DNA of 58,776 nt, from positions 1 to 58,776 of the IMG/VR virus record IMGVR_UViG_3300046167_000328. One strand, 5' to 3'. The stretch comes from a virus. Lineage: Duplodnaviria > Caudoviricetes. The notes below the pieces were generated by a model. That model saw only the letters and a program-made list of their open reading frames with translations. It did not search any database and was not told the DNA's origin. Positions 35,260 to 44,896 of this stretch are shown piece after piece; position 1 is the first letter of the stretch; each line of letters starts with the position of its first letter. The position numbers were made by a program, and so were the translations under genes.

Positions 35260-38200
35260 ATGCCAGTAAAAAGATATGAAGTTGACGGTAATCCTTATGA
35301 TGTATCTGATGCCAAAGAACAAGAATTTTTAAGTAAATTTAGTAATGCTGTTTTTATAAATGTTTTAGATGAAGACACTAACGAGTTAGAAGAAACTGTT
35401 GAAACAGTGGAAAAGTTAGACGGTGCTGCAAAAAAGGATGCGGATGTAGTACCAGTAGCAACTCCAAGCAGAGCATCTATAATTGCGGGTGTTCAACCAG
35501 AAGTTACGGAATCACTATCGGTAGATACTTCTTCGGAGTTAGAAGATCCTGAACCTAAAAAATCACAAGAAAGCGGTGAGGTAACTTTAGAGCAGTATAA
35601 AATAATGACTGCTGATCAGAAGAGGAAGTTAAGTTACCGTGACAGGCAAAGGTTACCTAGAGAACTAGCAAAGCAAAAGAAAAAGCTAGAGAACCAAGAT
35701 AGATTAAAAGCCGAGGCAATTGTAGCTGGCAATGTAATAGAAGACAGAATAAAAAATATACCAAAAGAAGACATAGTAGCTGTACAAGCTAATGAGTATT
35801 TTGGACCTATAAAAACCAGAAGCGACAGAACGACTGTAAGTAGAACTATGGTTGGCCAAATGGGTCCAACTGTATCTTTTGAACCCACTTTTGATTCAGA
35901 CGAAAGCTATACTAAATACCTAAAACAAACTTTAGGTGATAAGTATGATCAATACTTAGAATACAATAAAACAAAAGAAATAACACCTCTAAACGATCAA
36001 AACGAGTCTCAATTGAGAGCTATATATGATGAAGCTGAGACAAAGGTCAAAGACAAAGTATACAACAACAGTTTATTCAATGTTTCAGAAGATGTACAAG
36101 AGTACATGGTGGCTAGTCCAAAATTCGCTAGTGGAGCAGAAAGCATAGAAGCTCAAAAGTTTTTAGTTAAAGATCAAGAAGAAACTTTAATAAAAAACAT
36201 TGAAAGTTACAAAACTGCTAAAAAAGAATGGGAGTCTCAAGCTTTGCCGCTTAATAAAGAAATTAAAGATCTTAAGACTCAAATAGATAGATTTACTTTT
36301 TACGCTGAAGGCGCAAGCCAAGAGCAGGCTGATCAATACAATGAACTGATACAAACCTATAACTCTAAAATACAACAATGGGAGGAGAAAGGTTTTAATG
36401 AATTACCGGCTTTTGTAAACTCCCAATACAAACTAGTAAATTCACAGCAAAAGGATTATTCTAAAATGCGTGAAGACTCTAGGAGAGCTTTAATAGACTC
36501 TGATTTATTTGAAAAAAATCTAAAACAAGATTATAGTGCAAGCGCTAGGGTTGGTAGGGTTTTTGATGAGTTTTTTGTACAGTCTACTAGAAACTTTTTA
36601 GACTTAACAGCTGAGTTAGGATTGAAAGGTGCTAAAGCAGCAGGTATAGGCGGATTCACTCCTCTCTCCTTCTTATCAAGCCCAGAAAATTCTGCAAAAG
36701 TAGACTCTGTAATAGAGACAATACAAAAAAATAATAAGAACTACAACTTAAGTATGGCCTCTGAAAGAGAGAACATACCAACATCTCCGTCAATAGATGA
36801 TATAGGTAAAAATGGTTTATCCGTATGGGACTGGACGTCTATAACATTTCAAGATAATTCAGCCACTATAGCTACTACACTTGCGCCAGCACTAGCATCT
36901 TTGAAAGGAGCTTCTGGAGTTAAAGCTGCTTTTAAAACTGCAAGCTATGCTGCTAGGAAAAAAGCTTTGCAAAATCAAAAAAAGCTTTGGTTAGCTGGTA
37001 AAAGAACTGTTCAAGGAACTTTCTTTGTAGCTGAAACAGGTGGTAAATATGGAGAAATGCAAACGGACGAAGCGTCTAGAGAACAAGAAATAAAGTTTTT
37101 ATACTCAAAACTAGATAACACTGAAGACATAGATCAGAAAACTGAAATATATAACAGAATTACTGAACTAGAAGAGGTAGAAGACTACACTCTACTTCAA
37201 AAAGCTTTTACATCTTTTGGAGCTGGAACTACAGCTACGCTTTTTGAGAGTTTAGGTACTTTAAAAATGTTAGAACCAGCTAAAGGTTTAGCTAAGCAAA
37301 TAGGTGTTAAAGCTGCTAAAAAAGAATTATACAAGCAACCAGTTAGATTCGCAGCTAACTTAACAGGCGCAACATTGGCAGGTTTAAAATCTATGCCAAA
37401 GAATATTAGTGGTGAAATAGCAGAAGAAGTACTTACAGAAGTATCTCACAATGGTTTAGATATATTAGTTTTAGATGAAAACAAGTCTATGTTTGAGGGA
37501 ATAAACAAAGATTTTTTAGCAAGTACTGGTTTAAGCACTATTGGTATAATGGGGCCTAAATCAGCTGGTAACGTATTTAACATCATTAAAAGTGAATTTA
37601 GAAGTAAAAGCGAAATATTCAATAACCAGAAATTAGCTAGAGAACTTATAGATCTTAATGAGTCAACAACTCCAGATAATTCAAAACAACTTAGAGGTAG
37701 AAAAAGACAAATATTAAAACAACTAGCGCTTAGCGATGCTATTAGCTTGCATAAGTTAAGGTATATGACAGCAGATCAAATAGAAGAAGTTGCTGACATT
37801 AATAGACAAATGAGGCAAGTTAATGGTAAGTTTAGGCAATTAGGTAATTTAGGTGACTTGGGTGAAGCTGAGAACAAACGAGTTAAAAAACAACTAGAGG
37901 ATGAGTACTCTAGCTTAGCTACCGCTAGGCAAGAACTTCTAGACGCTAAACAAAGATCAAACACTAAGAAGGCTGCAAGCATGAACAAGGCTTTAGGTGA
38001 TGCTGCTCAAAACTCTAACGCTGCTTTTTTATATGGTGTTAATGATTTCTTTAATGAACTCACTATGACTCAAATGGGTGATGGTGATTTTATTTCTATA
38101 GAAAGTGAAATACAAGAAGGTGGTAATATAAAGTACAAAAACCTAGATAAGCAGCTTGCTAAGTATAAAGGCAAAATAGTTAAAGCTATCAACGATGAAA

Positions 38201-41200
38201 CTGGAAAAGAAGTAGATGTTGATGCTTTTGAGTATTTAAAAGAAAACATAGAGAATAACAAGTTTAATGCTACTCAATTATTCGGGGATATTATAGTAAA
38301 CCAAACTGTTATAGATAAAACAATAGCAAGTAAACCAACTGGTACAGATGCTCAGTATGCTGCTATCGCGCCGCTAGAAGAGCTGTTCCATTTAAGTGTA
38401 GCTCAGAAGGGTATAAAGTTTGATACTACAGCTAAAAACGCTGTTCTAGAAGCCGAAAATATACTAAAAGAAAAGAGAGATCTTGGAGTTATTTCTGAAA
38501 AAGACTATAATGGTCTAAAGAAAAGATTTGATCAATATAGAAGTGAAGATAGTAAAGATTTTGACGCTGAAGAATTTATAGCTCAAATGAATAACGCTAT
38601 ATCTTTAGGTGCTATAAACAGATCTGATATAGAATCAGCACCATCATTTAAAAAGTTTTTAAACAACACTATTAGATCCACATTTGGTGATATGTCTTGG
38701 ATGTTGAAGTTAGAAAACTCTGACGATGTTTTTAATCTTGTTAAAAATTTCCAATCAGACGTTTCTAAAGGTGTTACTTTTCAAGCACCTGAAAGAGAAA
38801 AGCTTAAAACATCTCTATCTGAAGATATTCAAAACGAAATAGAAGCACTAGAAGATAGTTATTTTGATGGAGAAATAGATGAGTATCAGTTCGAGCAAAA
38901 GCGCGATAATTTAGATATAAAGCTTAGGCAAGCAGAAGAATCTGAAAAAGCTGAAAAAGCCGCTGCTGTTGAGCAAGTTGAAACTGAAGTAGTAGAAGAT
39001 GTAGACATCAAATCAACAGAGCAAATTAAAAAAATAGATAATATAGTTAAAAAAGCTACTGCGCAAAAACTTGAAGCGCCAAGTATATCTGATAAGAATA
39101 AAAAAATAGCTTCAATTAATGAAGACATTGTAAAAGAAATGACAGCTCTAGGAGCTAATAGAATTTCAGAAATAGAAGATAAAGACATTAGGCAGTCTAT
39201 AGTAGATAGATTAGGTAGAAATAATGTAGGTGCTGTCACAGAGTTAGCAAAAAAAGCAGCTTTTAAAGGTAAAAACTTAGTATTAGATGAAAAACTAAAA
39301 GTAGGTTACGATGAATTTAAAGGAGGTTTTAGCTCGGAGCTATCTTCACTTATAAATTCTTATAAAGCAAATGTTGACGGTAAAGAAGTTCCTTTTGGTG
39401 CTTATATGAACCAAAACCTTCCTCTTAGATACCCTGCAATACTTAGAAGATCTTTAGAAGGTAAACTAAAAAATTCTGAAAGTTTATCTAGTGACAAGAA
39501 TATAAAGAAGGAAGTAGCAAATATCGAAGATGACACTAATCAGTTTGAACTAGGTGGACAAAATGATTCTAGTGAAGTGTTAGAAGTTGATCAGATCGAT
39601 GTAAGAAAGTTTGGACCAGCTAGAGATAAAGTTGATGAAATAGATAAGATAGTACAAGTTGAAGAAGGAGAAAGACCTACGTATAAACAATTAACAAATA
39701 AGTATTTAGACGAAGTATCAATGGAGCTGTTTAATGTTCCAGGTAAGAAAATTAAAGGTGGAGCTACTTTAAAAGATAGTGAAGCTAAATCATTACAAGC
39801 ATTATTTATAAATCCTAATAATGTTAGAAAACTTTTCAAAACAATGCCTCCTTATAATGTTGCTGGTAGTCAAACTACTATAGGTGAGCAGGGTGAGATT
39901 ATTGATGTATCTAAAGATATGAAAGGTGTATCTATAGGATTGTCTAATAAATTTATGAAAAAATTCTATCAGCCAGTTACTAGAGCAATACCCGGTATCT
40001 CTAGTCCAAAAGGTAGAAGTTTAGGTGCTAGTAGTCAAGGACAAGTATATGAATTAAAACCAGAATTTAGAGGTAGAATAACAAACGACGCTATAAAAGA
40101 TATTCAAAGAAGTGTTGGTGTAACTGAAAAAGGTGTTCCGTCTGAAAAAATATCTGATGCTAATAGAAGTAAATATGGTACTACATTAACTGGTTTTGCA
40201 AAAACCTATGTAGCTAACGTTATAAACATTGCGGGTAGATCTAAACAAACCGACAAGCAAGAACAAGCAGATACTGGTGCTGGTAAAGCTAGTATAATGC
40301 TTAGTAAAGCTGATTCAAGTTTCCTTGCTATAACCGGTAAAAATGCTAAAATAGATTTTAATGATAAGAAAATAGTTGAAAAGCTAAAAAAAGATGTGTT
40401 CTCTATACTAGGAAACAAAGAGTTCGATGGCTTTAGTGAAGAAGATTTTGTTAGATATCTACTGCCTTTGGCTACTAAAGGGTATGACTATGGGTTTAAA
40501 ACAGTGGATGGTAAAAAAGTTTTAGTTGAAGACTCTAAAAATACTAGAAACGTAATATTTCAAGGTAGAAAAGACTTCTTTAAGTCTTATAACGAATATA
40601 GAAAAAGCAAAGGTTTAAAAAAGATAACATGGAAACCTAGATTTAGATCTATTACTTTTACAGACTCTTCGGGTAAAAAGAAAACAATAAAGCTAGCTAC
40701 GTTAAAAAATCAATCAGCTGTAGGATTAAACTCAGGTAAATTTATTCAAACACTAGATGATAGAGTTTTAACAGCTCAAGATCAAAGAAATGGTTTAAAG
40801 AGAATTTCAGTAGCTTTAAAGAAGTTTGTTGATGAAAATCCAAATGATGTAACTACTGTACCAATGTTTTTAACTATGTTAAATAGCAACACAGATGGTT
40901 TGGTCAGAACAGCAGCTATACCTAAGTGGATAATGTACAAGGAAGGCTTAAAAGACTCAGACTACGTATATGAACATACTCAAACAGCTTCTGACACTAT
41001 AGTAGAGTTAATGAGGGCTATATACAAAAGTAAAAACAACGCTGAGCTATTGACAGAGTTTGATAATATAATGAAGAACTTTGATGTTGCTATTATTCCT
41101 AAAGAAAACGATATAAAGCTTAATAATAGGTTTAGATATAATGGGCCTAGAGAAGGTGATGTATCAAAAGGAGACTATAAAGTTAAAATTAAATATCCTG

Positions 41201-43377
41201 GAGAAAATGGATTTCCTGTTAGGTATGAAGCAGCTAATAGACTAGATAACGCTGGTATAAAGCTACAATTGCTGTCTGATTTTGCAAATAAAGATACTCA
41301 ATCTAAAGGCACAATAAAACAATCTAAAGCATCTGATCTTAAGTTAAGTAAAGATTTTAACAAGATATTAGAAAACAAATCAGGTATACCTAGTAAAAAG
41401 AAATATGGTATTGTTGAAGCTATAACAAAAGGTGAAAATAAAGGTAGATTTAATTTCTTTATACCTCCTTCAGCAGAAGATTTTGTTGGTTTGTTATATC
41501 CTACTCTTGGTAAAGGTAAAGTTGGTGATGATCAATTAGCTTGGTATAAAGCTAATTTAATAGACCCATTTGCTGAAGCTGTTAACAAGCTTAGTAAAGC
41601 TCGTGTGTATTTAACAAACACTTATAATCAACTTAAAAAGCAATTAGACGTTGTACCTAAGGATTTAGCTAAAAAAATAAAAGGAACAGATTACACTAAA
41701 GAGCAAGCTGTTAGAGTATATATATGGAATAAGCAAAAAATGGATATTCCTGGTATTAGTAAAAGAGATCTTAGTAAGTTAAGTAAGTTTATAGCAGATG
41801 ACGCTAAACTAAAGGCGTTTGCTGATCAACTAATAAACATGCAACTAGGTGATGGTTATGCAAAACCAAAAGAAGGTTGGCCTGCTGGAACTATAACAAC
41901 AGATATACTTGAAGGATTGAACACCGCTAAAAGAGCCAAGTATTTAAAAAATTGGCAATCAAATGTAGACGCTATATTCAGTGATGACAATTTAAATAAG
42001 CTTCAAGCTATATACGGTTTAAATTATAGAAAAGCATTGACTAATATATTAGAAAGGATGAAGACTGGTAGAAATAGAAATTTCCCAGGAGACACTTTAA
42101 CAGGTAGATTTACTGACTGGTTAACTGGTAGTGTTGGTGCAATAATGTTCTTTAATACTAGATCAGCGGTGCTGCAAACAATATCAGCTATAAACTTTAT
42201 AAATTTTAAAGATAATAACATATTCGCAGCCGCTAAAGCATTTGCTAATCAAAAACAATACTGGGCAGACTTTATGACGTTAATGAACTCTGACTTCTTA
42301 AAAGAAAGACGTGGAGGTTTACGTATGAATGTAAACGAAGCAGATATTGCTGACATGGCTAAAAAAGGTGGTGTTAGAGGAGTTATAAGTAAGTTACTAG
42401 AGCTAGGTTTTCTACCTACGCAAATCGCTGATAGTTTTGCAATTGCTTCCGGTGGATCTACTTTCTATAGAAATAGAATTAACACGTACTTAAAACAAAA
42501 GGATGCTAACGGTAATAATTTATATAGTAAAAAATTAGCGGAGAAAAAAGCATTTGAAGATTTTAGAGAAACAGCTGAAGAGTCACAACAGTCGTCTAGA
42601 CCTGATAGAATATCTATGCAACAAGCAAGTTCATTAGGACGTACTGTATTGGCTTTTGCTAACACGCCAGCTCAATATGCTAGAATAATAAAAAAAGCCG
42701 CTAGTGATCTTAAGAATGGCCGAGGGGATCGTAAAGAAAACATATCTAAGATAATTTATTACGGAGTAGCTCAAAACCTTATATTTAACGCTTTACAGCA
42801 AGCTTTATTTGCTCTTGCTTTTAGCGACGAAGAACCTGAAGATGAGAAGAAAGAAGAGAAGTACTTGAACATAGCTAACGGCATGTTAGATTCAATACTT
42901 AGAGGTACTGGAGTTGGTGGTGCTATTGTAACTGTTGGTAAAAACACACTTATCAAAATGGCTAAAGAACTTAAAAAAGACAGGCCTCAACTTAAGAACA
43001 TAGCTCTTGAAGCAGCTAAAATATCTCCTCCTTTAGCGGCAAAATTATCTAGGTTACAACAAGCAGGTAGATCTTATGATTGGAACAAAGAAGAGATGAG
43101 GACAAGAGGTTTAAGTTTAGATAACCCTGCTTTTTTAGCTGGCGCTAATGTTGTTACAGCTTTAACAAATATACCTCTTGACAGAGCTATTAAAAAAGCT
43201 AACAATGTTGTTTCCGCTACTTCACAAGACCTTGAAACCTGGGAACGTATAGGTTTACTTGGAGGTTGGCAAGACTGGGAGTTAGGTATTGACAAAAAAG
43301 ATAAAAAAGAAAAGAAAAAACCAAGTAAAATTACAAGAAAAAAAGGAGTAATTAGAAAAAGAGTAACAAGAAAGTAG
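35260..43377 (+). CDS. Giant multidomain ejection/internal virion protein (2705 aa)
   Basis: Size, position after two ejection genes, helical C-terminal region; internal zincin-like, sigma-2-like and HNH-like segments. Confidence 0.8.
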   Translation: MPVKRYEVDGNPYDVSDAKEQEFLSKFSNAVFINVLDEDTNELEETVETVEKLDGAAKKDADVVPVATPSRASIIAGVQPEVTESLSVDTSSELEDPEPKKSQESGEVTLEQYKIMTADQKRKLSYRDRQRLPRELAKQKKKLENQDRLKAEAIVAGNVIEDRIKNIPKEDIVAVQANEYFGPIKTRSDRTTVSRTMVGQMGPTVSFEPTFDSDESYTKYLKQTLGDKYDQYLEYNKTKEITPLNDQNESQLRAIYDEAETKVKDKVYNNSLFNVSEDVQEYMVASPKFASGAESIEAQKFLVKDQEETLIKNIESYKTAKKEWESQALPLNKEIKDLKTQIDRFTFYAEGASQEQADQYNELIQTYNSKIQQWEEKGFNELPAFVNSQYKLVNSQQKDYSKMREDSRRALIDSDLFEKNLKQDYSASARVGRVFDEFFVQSTRNFLDLTAELGLKGAKAAGIGGFTPLSFLSSPENSAKVDSVIETIQKNNKNYNLSMASERENIPTSPSIDDIGKNGLSVWDWTSITFQDNSATIATTLAPALASLKGASGVKAAFKTASYAARKKALQNQKKLWLAGKRTVQGTFFVAETGGKYGEMQTDEASREQEIKFLYSKLDNTEDIDQKTEIYNRITELEEVEDYTLLQKAFTSFGAGTTATLFESLGTLKMLEPAKGLAKQIGVKAAKKELYKQPVRFAANLTGATLAGLKSMPKNISGEIAEEVLTEVSHNGLDILVLDENKSMFEGINKDFLASTGLSTIGIMGPKSAGNVFNIIKSEFRSKSEIFNNQKLARELIDLNESTTPDNSKQLRGRKRQILKQLALSDAISLHKLRYMTADQIEEVADINRQMRQVNGKFRQLGNLGDLGEAENKRVKKQLEDEYSSLATARQELLDAKQRSNTKKAASMNKALGDAAQNSNAAFLYGVNDFFNELTMTQMGDGDFISIESEIQEGGNIKYKNLDKQLAKYKGKIVKAINDETGKEVDVDAFEYLKENIENNKFNATQLFGDIIVNQTVIDKTIASKPTGTDAQYAAIAPLEELFHLSVAQKGIKFDTTAKNAVLEAENILKEKRDLGVISEKDYNGLKKRFDQYRSEDSKDFDAEEFIAQMNNAISLGAINRSDIESAPSFKKFLNNTIRSTFGDMSWMLKLENSDDVFNLVKNFQSDVSKGVTFQAPEREKLKTSLSEDIQNEIEALEDSYFDGEIDEYQFEQKRDNLDIKLRQAEESEKAEKAAAVEQVETEVVEDVDIKSTEQIKKIDNIVKKATAQKLEAPSISDKNKKIASINEDIVKEMTALGANRISEIEDKDIRQSIVDRLGRNNVGAVTELAKKAAFKGKNLVLDEKLKVGYDEFKGGFSSELSSLINSYKANVDGKEVPFGAYMNQNLPLRYPAILRRSLEGKLKNSESLSSDKNIKKEVANIEDDTNQFELGGQNDSSEVLEVDQIDVRKFGPARDKVDEIDKIVQVEEGERPTYKQLTNKYLDEVSMELFNVPGKKIKGGATLKDSEAKSLQALFINPNNVRKLFKTMPPYNVAGSQTTIGEQGEIIDVSKDMKGVSIGLSNKFMKKFYQPVTRAIPGISSPKGRSLGASSQGQVYELKPEFRGRITNDAIKDIQRSVGVTEKGVPSEKISDANRSKYGTTLTGFAKTYVANVINIAGRSKQTDKQEQADTGAGKASIMLSKADSSFLAITGKNAKIDFNDKKIVEKLKKDVFSILGNKEFDGFSEEDFVRYLLPLATKGYDYGFKTVDGKKVLVEDSKNTRNVIFQGRKDFFKSYNEYRKSKGLKKITWKPRFRSITFTDSSGKKKTIKLATLKNQSAVGLNSGKFIQTLDDRVLTAQDQRNGLKRISVALKKFVDENPNDVTTVPMFLTMLNSNTDGLVRTAAIPKWIMYKEGLKDSDYVYEHTQTASDTIVELMRAIYKSKNNAELLTEFDNIMKNFDVAIIPKENDIKLNNRFRYNGPREGDVSKGDYKVKIKYPGENGFPVRYEAANRLDNAGIKLQLLSDFANKDTQSKGTIKQSKASDLKLSKDFNKILENKSGIPSKKKYGIVEAITKGENKGRFNFFIPPSAEDFVGLLYPTLGKGKVGDDQLAWYKANLIDPFAEAVNKLSKARVYLTNTYNQLKKQLDVVPKDLAKKIKGTDYTKEQAVRVYIWNKQKMDIPGISKRDLSKLSKFIADDAKLKAFADQLINMQLGDGYAKPKEGWPAGTITTDILEGLNTAKRAKYLKNWQSNVDAIFSDDNLNKLQAIYGLNYRKALTNILERMKTGRNRNFPGDTLTGRFTDWLTGSVGAIMFFNTRSAVLQTISAINFINFKDNNIFAAAKAFANQKQYWADFMTLMNSDFLKERRGGLRMNVNEADIADMAKKGGVRGVISKLLELGFLPTQIADSFAIASGGSTFYRNRINTYLKQKDANGNNLYSKKLAEKKAFEDFRETAEESQQSSRPDRISMQQASSLGRTVLAFANTPAQYARIIKKAASDLKNGRGDRKENISKIIYYGVAQNLIFNALQQALFALAFSDEEPEDEKKEEKYLNIANGMLDSILRGTGVGGAIVTVGKNTLIKMAKELKKDRPQLKNIALEAAKISPPLAAKLSRLQQAGRSYDWNKEEMRTRGLSLDNPAFLAGANVVTALTNIPLDRAIKKANNVVSATSQDLETWERIGLLGGWQDWELGIDKKDKKEKKKPSKITRKKGVIRKRVTRK

Positions 43378-43839
43378 ATGGATAAAATAAGCGATCATAT
43401 AACGCTGTATGAAGGTATAAATTCTTATACAGCTAAAAGGATGGGTATTAAAAATACACCTGACGAATATCAGATCACGAACATGTATATATTAGCTCAT
43501 AAGGTGTTTGAGCCTTTACGTAAGTGGGTTGGTGGTCCTATAAAGATAAACTCTTTTTTTAGATCAATAGAGTTAAACGAAGCTATAGGAGGTAGTTCTA
43601 CATCACAGCATTGCGAAGGTAGGGCCATGGACATAGATGACACTTATGGTTATAAAACAAATTCTGAGATGTTTAATTACATTAAAGACAAGTTGGATTT
43701 TGATCAATTAATATGGGAGTTTGGAGACGACGAAGAACCAGACTGGATCCACGTAAGCTACTGTTCTACAGATGAAAATAGAAAAAGATGTTTAAAAGCA
43801 TATAAAGAAAACGGAAAAACTAAATATAAAATAATATGA
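43378..43839 (+). CDS. Endolysin, peptidase M15A
   Basis: INSFFRS..LNEAIGGSSTSQHCEGRAMD, FDQLIWEF, WIHVS. Confidence 0.9.
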   Translation: MDKISDHITLYEGINSYTAKRMGIKNTPDEYQITNMYILAHKVFEPLRKWVGGPIKINSFFRSIELNEAIGGSSTSQHCEGRAMDIDDTYGYKTNSEMFNYIKDKLDFDQLIWEFGDDEEPDWIHVSYCSTDENRKRCLKAYKENGKTKYKII

Positions 43840-43988
43840 CACCATTGTACGCAAAGATTAGTGGAGCTTGTAAAGCAGCCGCAAAAAAGAAGTTTAAAGT
43901 TTGGCCTAGCGCTTATGCGTCTGGCTGGGGAGTAAGATGTACCAAAGCCGGAGGACCAGGTAAATTTGGTAACAAGAAAAAGAAGTAA
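43836..43988 (+). CDS. Small basic protein with PSAYASG motif (not in ORF track)
   Basis: MTPLYAKISGACKAAAKKKFKVWPSAYASGWGVRCTKAGG; ATGA overlap with the endolysin. Confidence 0.75.
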   Translation: MTPLYAKISGACKAAAKKKFKVWPSAYASGWGVRCTKAGGPGKFGNKKKK

Positions 43989-44164
43989 TGGCTAAAGCGT
44001 ATAGAGGAGTTTTAAAAGCTCGTATAAATAAACTATATGGAGGTAATGTTACTTGTAGTAAAGTTAAGAAACTAAAAACCAGGCGTGAAGCTACCAACAG
44101 AGATAAGCAGCTAGCTAATTGGTTTATAAATATGCAAGATTGTAATGGCAAAAGAAAAGCTTAA
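43988..44164 (+). CDS. Small basic protein (not in ORF track)
   Basis: MAKAYRGVLKARINKLYGGNVTCSKV...LANWFINMQ; TAATG coupling. Confidence 0.7.
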   Translation: MAKAYRGVLKARINKLYGGNVTCSKVKKLKTRREATNRDKQLANWFINMQDCNGKRKA

Positions 44165-44381
44165 GTGGAAAGACTCTGACGCGCCAGATGCTAACGGTAA
44201 GTTTAAAGATTTAAATTGTGGTGACTTAGCTAGCTGGTTAATTAAAAGTCGTAAAGGAAATAAAAAGAAAATTGTTGGTAGTTTAAATCAGCAAATAGCT
44301 TTTAATAAAAAGAAAAATCCTAGCTACGCTAAAAAAATGGCATGTGCTAGAAACAAAGCAATGAAAAAACTAAATAAATGA
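44145..44381 (+). CDS. Small basic protein
   Basis: 78-aa Lys-rich ORF. Confidence 0.7.
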   Translation: MAKEKLKWKDSDAPDANGKFKDLNCGDLASWLIKSRKGNKKKIVGSLNQQIAFNKKKNPSYAKKMACARNKAMKKLNK

Positions 44382-44785
44382 AAAAGTTAAATAAAAGTCC
44401 TTTAGCGCATTGCTACGCTAGTGTGTTACACAGCCCAGAGACTAATAAGATGAGACAAAGAGTTTCAGCTTATGGCATTGGTACTGGTAACGACAAAGCT
44501 CTAGCTGATGCAGCTAAACTAAGATCACCATTAAATAAAAAATCTAAAGTAAAAGGTGGAGGTACTAAGAAGGTTTGCTTGCCTGCTGCTAAAGTTAAGT
44601 CCATGAGTAAGGCTGAGAAAGAAAAAGTTATTAGAGCTAAGCAAACAGCTGCTAAATCAGGTAAATACAAAAGATCTAGTAAATCAAATGTAAAAGGTGC
44701 TCGTAAGAAAGGAGCTACATTACGTGACTGGTTTGAAAAAGAAAACTGGGTAAATGTAAGAACAGGTGAACCCTGTGGAAAATAA
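44378..44785 (+). CDS. Basic protein with WFxxExWVNV.TGxPCG motif (DUF5872-like)
   Basis: KKVCLPAAKVKSMSKAEK and LRDWFEKENWVNVRTGEPCG. Confidence 0.65.
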   Translation: MKKLNKSPLAHCYASVLHSPETNKMRQRVSAYGIGTGNDKALADAAKLRSPLNKKSKVKGGGTKKVCLPAAKVKSMSKAEKEKVIRAKQTAAKSGKYKRSSKSNVKGARKKGATLRDWFEKENWVNVRTGEPCGK

Positions 44786-44836
44786 AAGGAACAAAAATAA
44801 ATAGGCGTACCATACCTAAAAGTTCCTGTAACCAAG

Positions 44837-44866
44837 AAAGGGCCCTCATAACGAGAGCCCTTTTTT
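44837..44866. terminator. Probable bidirectional terminator at the convergence of the two arms
   Basis: AAAGGGC-CCTC-ATAAC-GAG-AGCCC-TTTTTT. Confidence 0.8.
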
Positions 44867-44896
44867 AATTACTTATACATAAATGTGTATAGCATA

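Noticed and set aside
35260-43377. Giant protein as a crAss/N4-type virion RNA polymerase
   Set aside because: No DxDxD catalytic motif or T7-like motifs seen; DFDAE at about 38557 belongs to the zincin-like segment
43372-43380. TAG recoding or readthrough fusing the giant protein to the endolysin (crAss-style alternative code)
   Set aside because: Long ORFs are intact in the standard code, no suppressor tRNA is seen, and direct stop-ATG abutment also occurs with TAA at terL/portal
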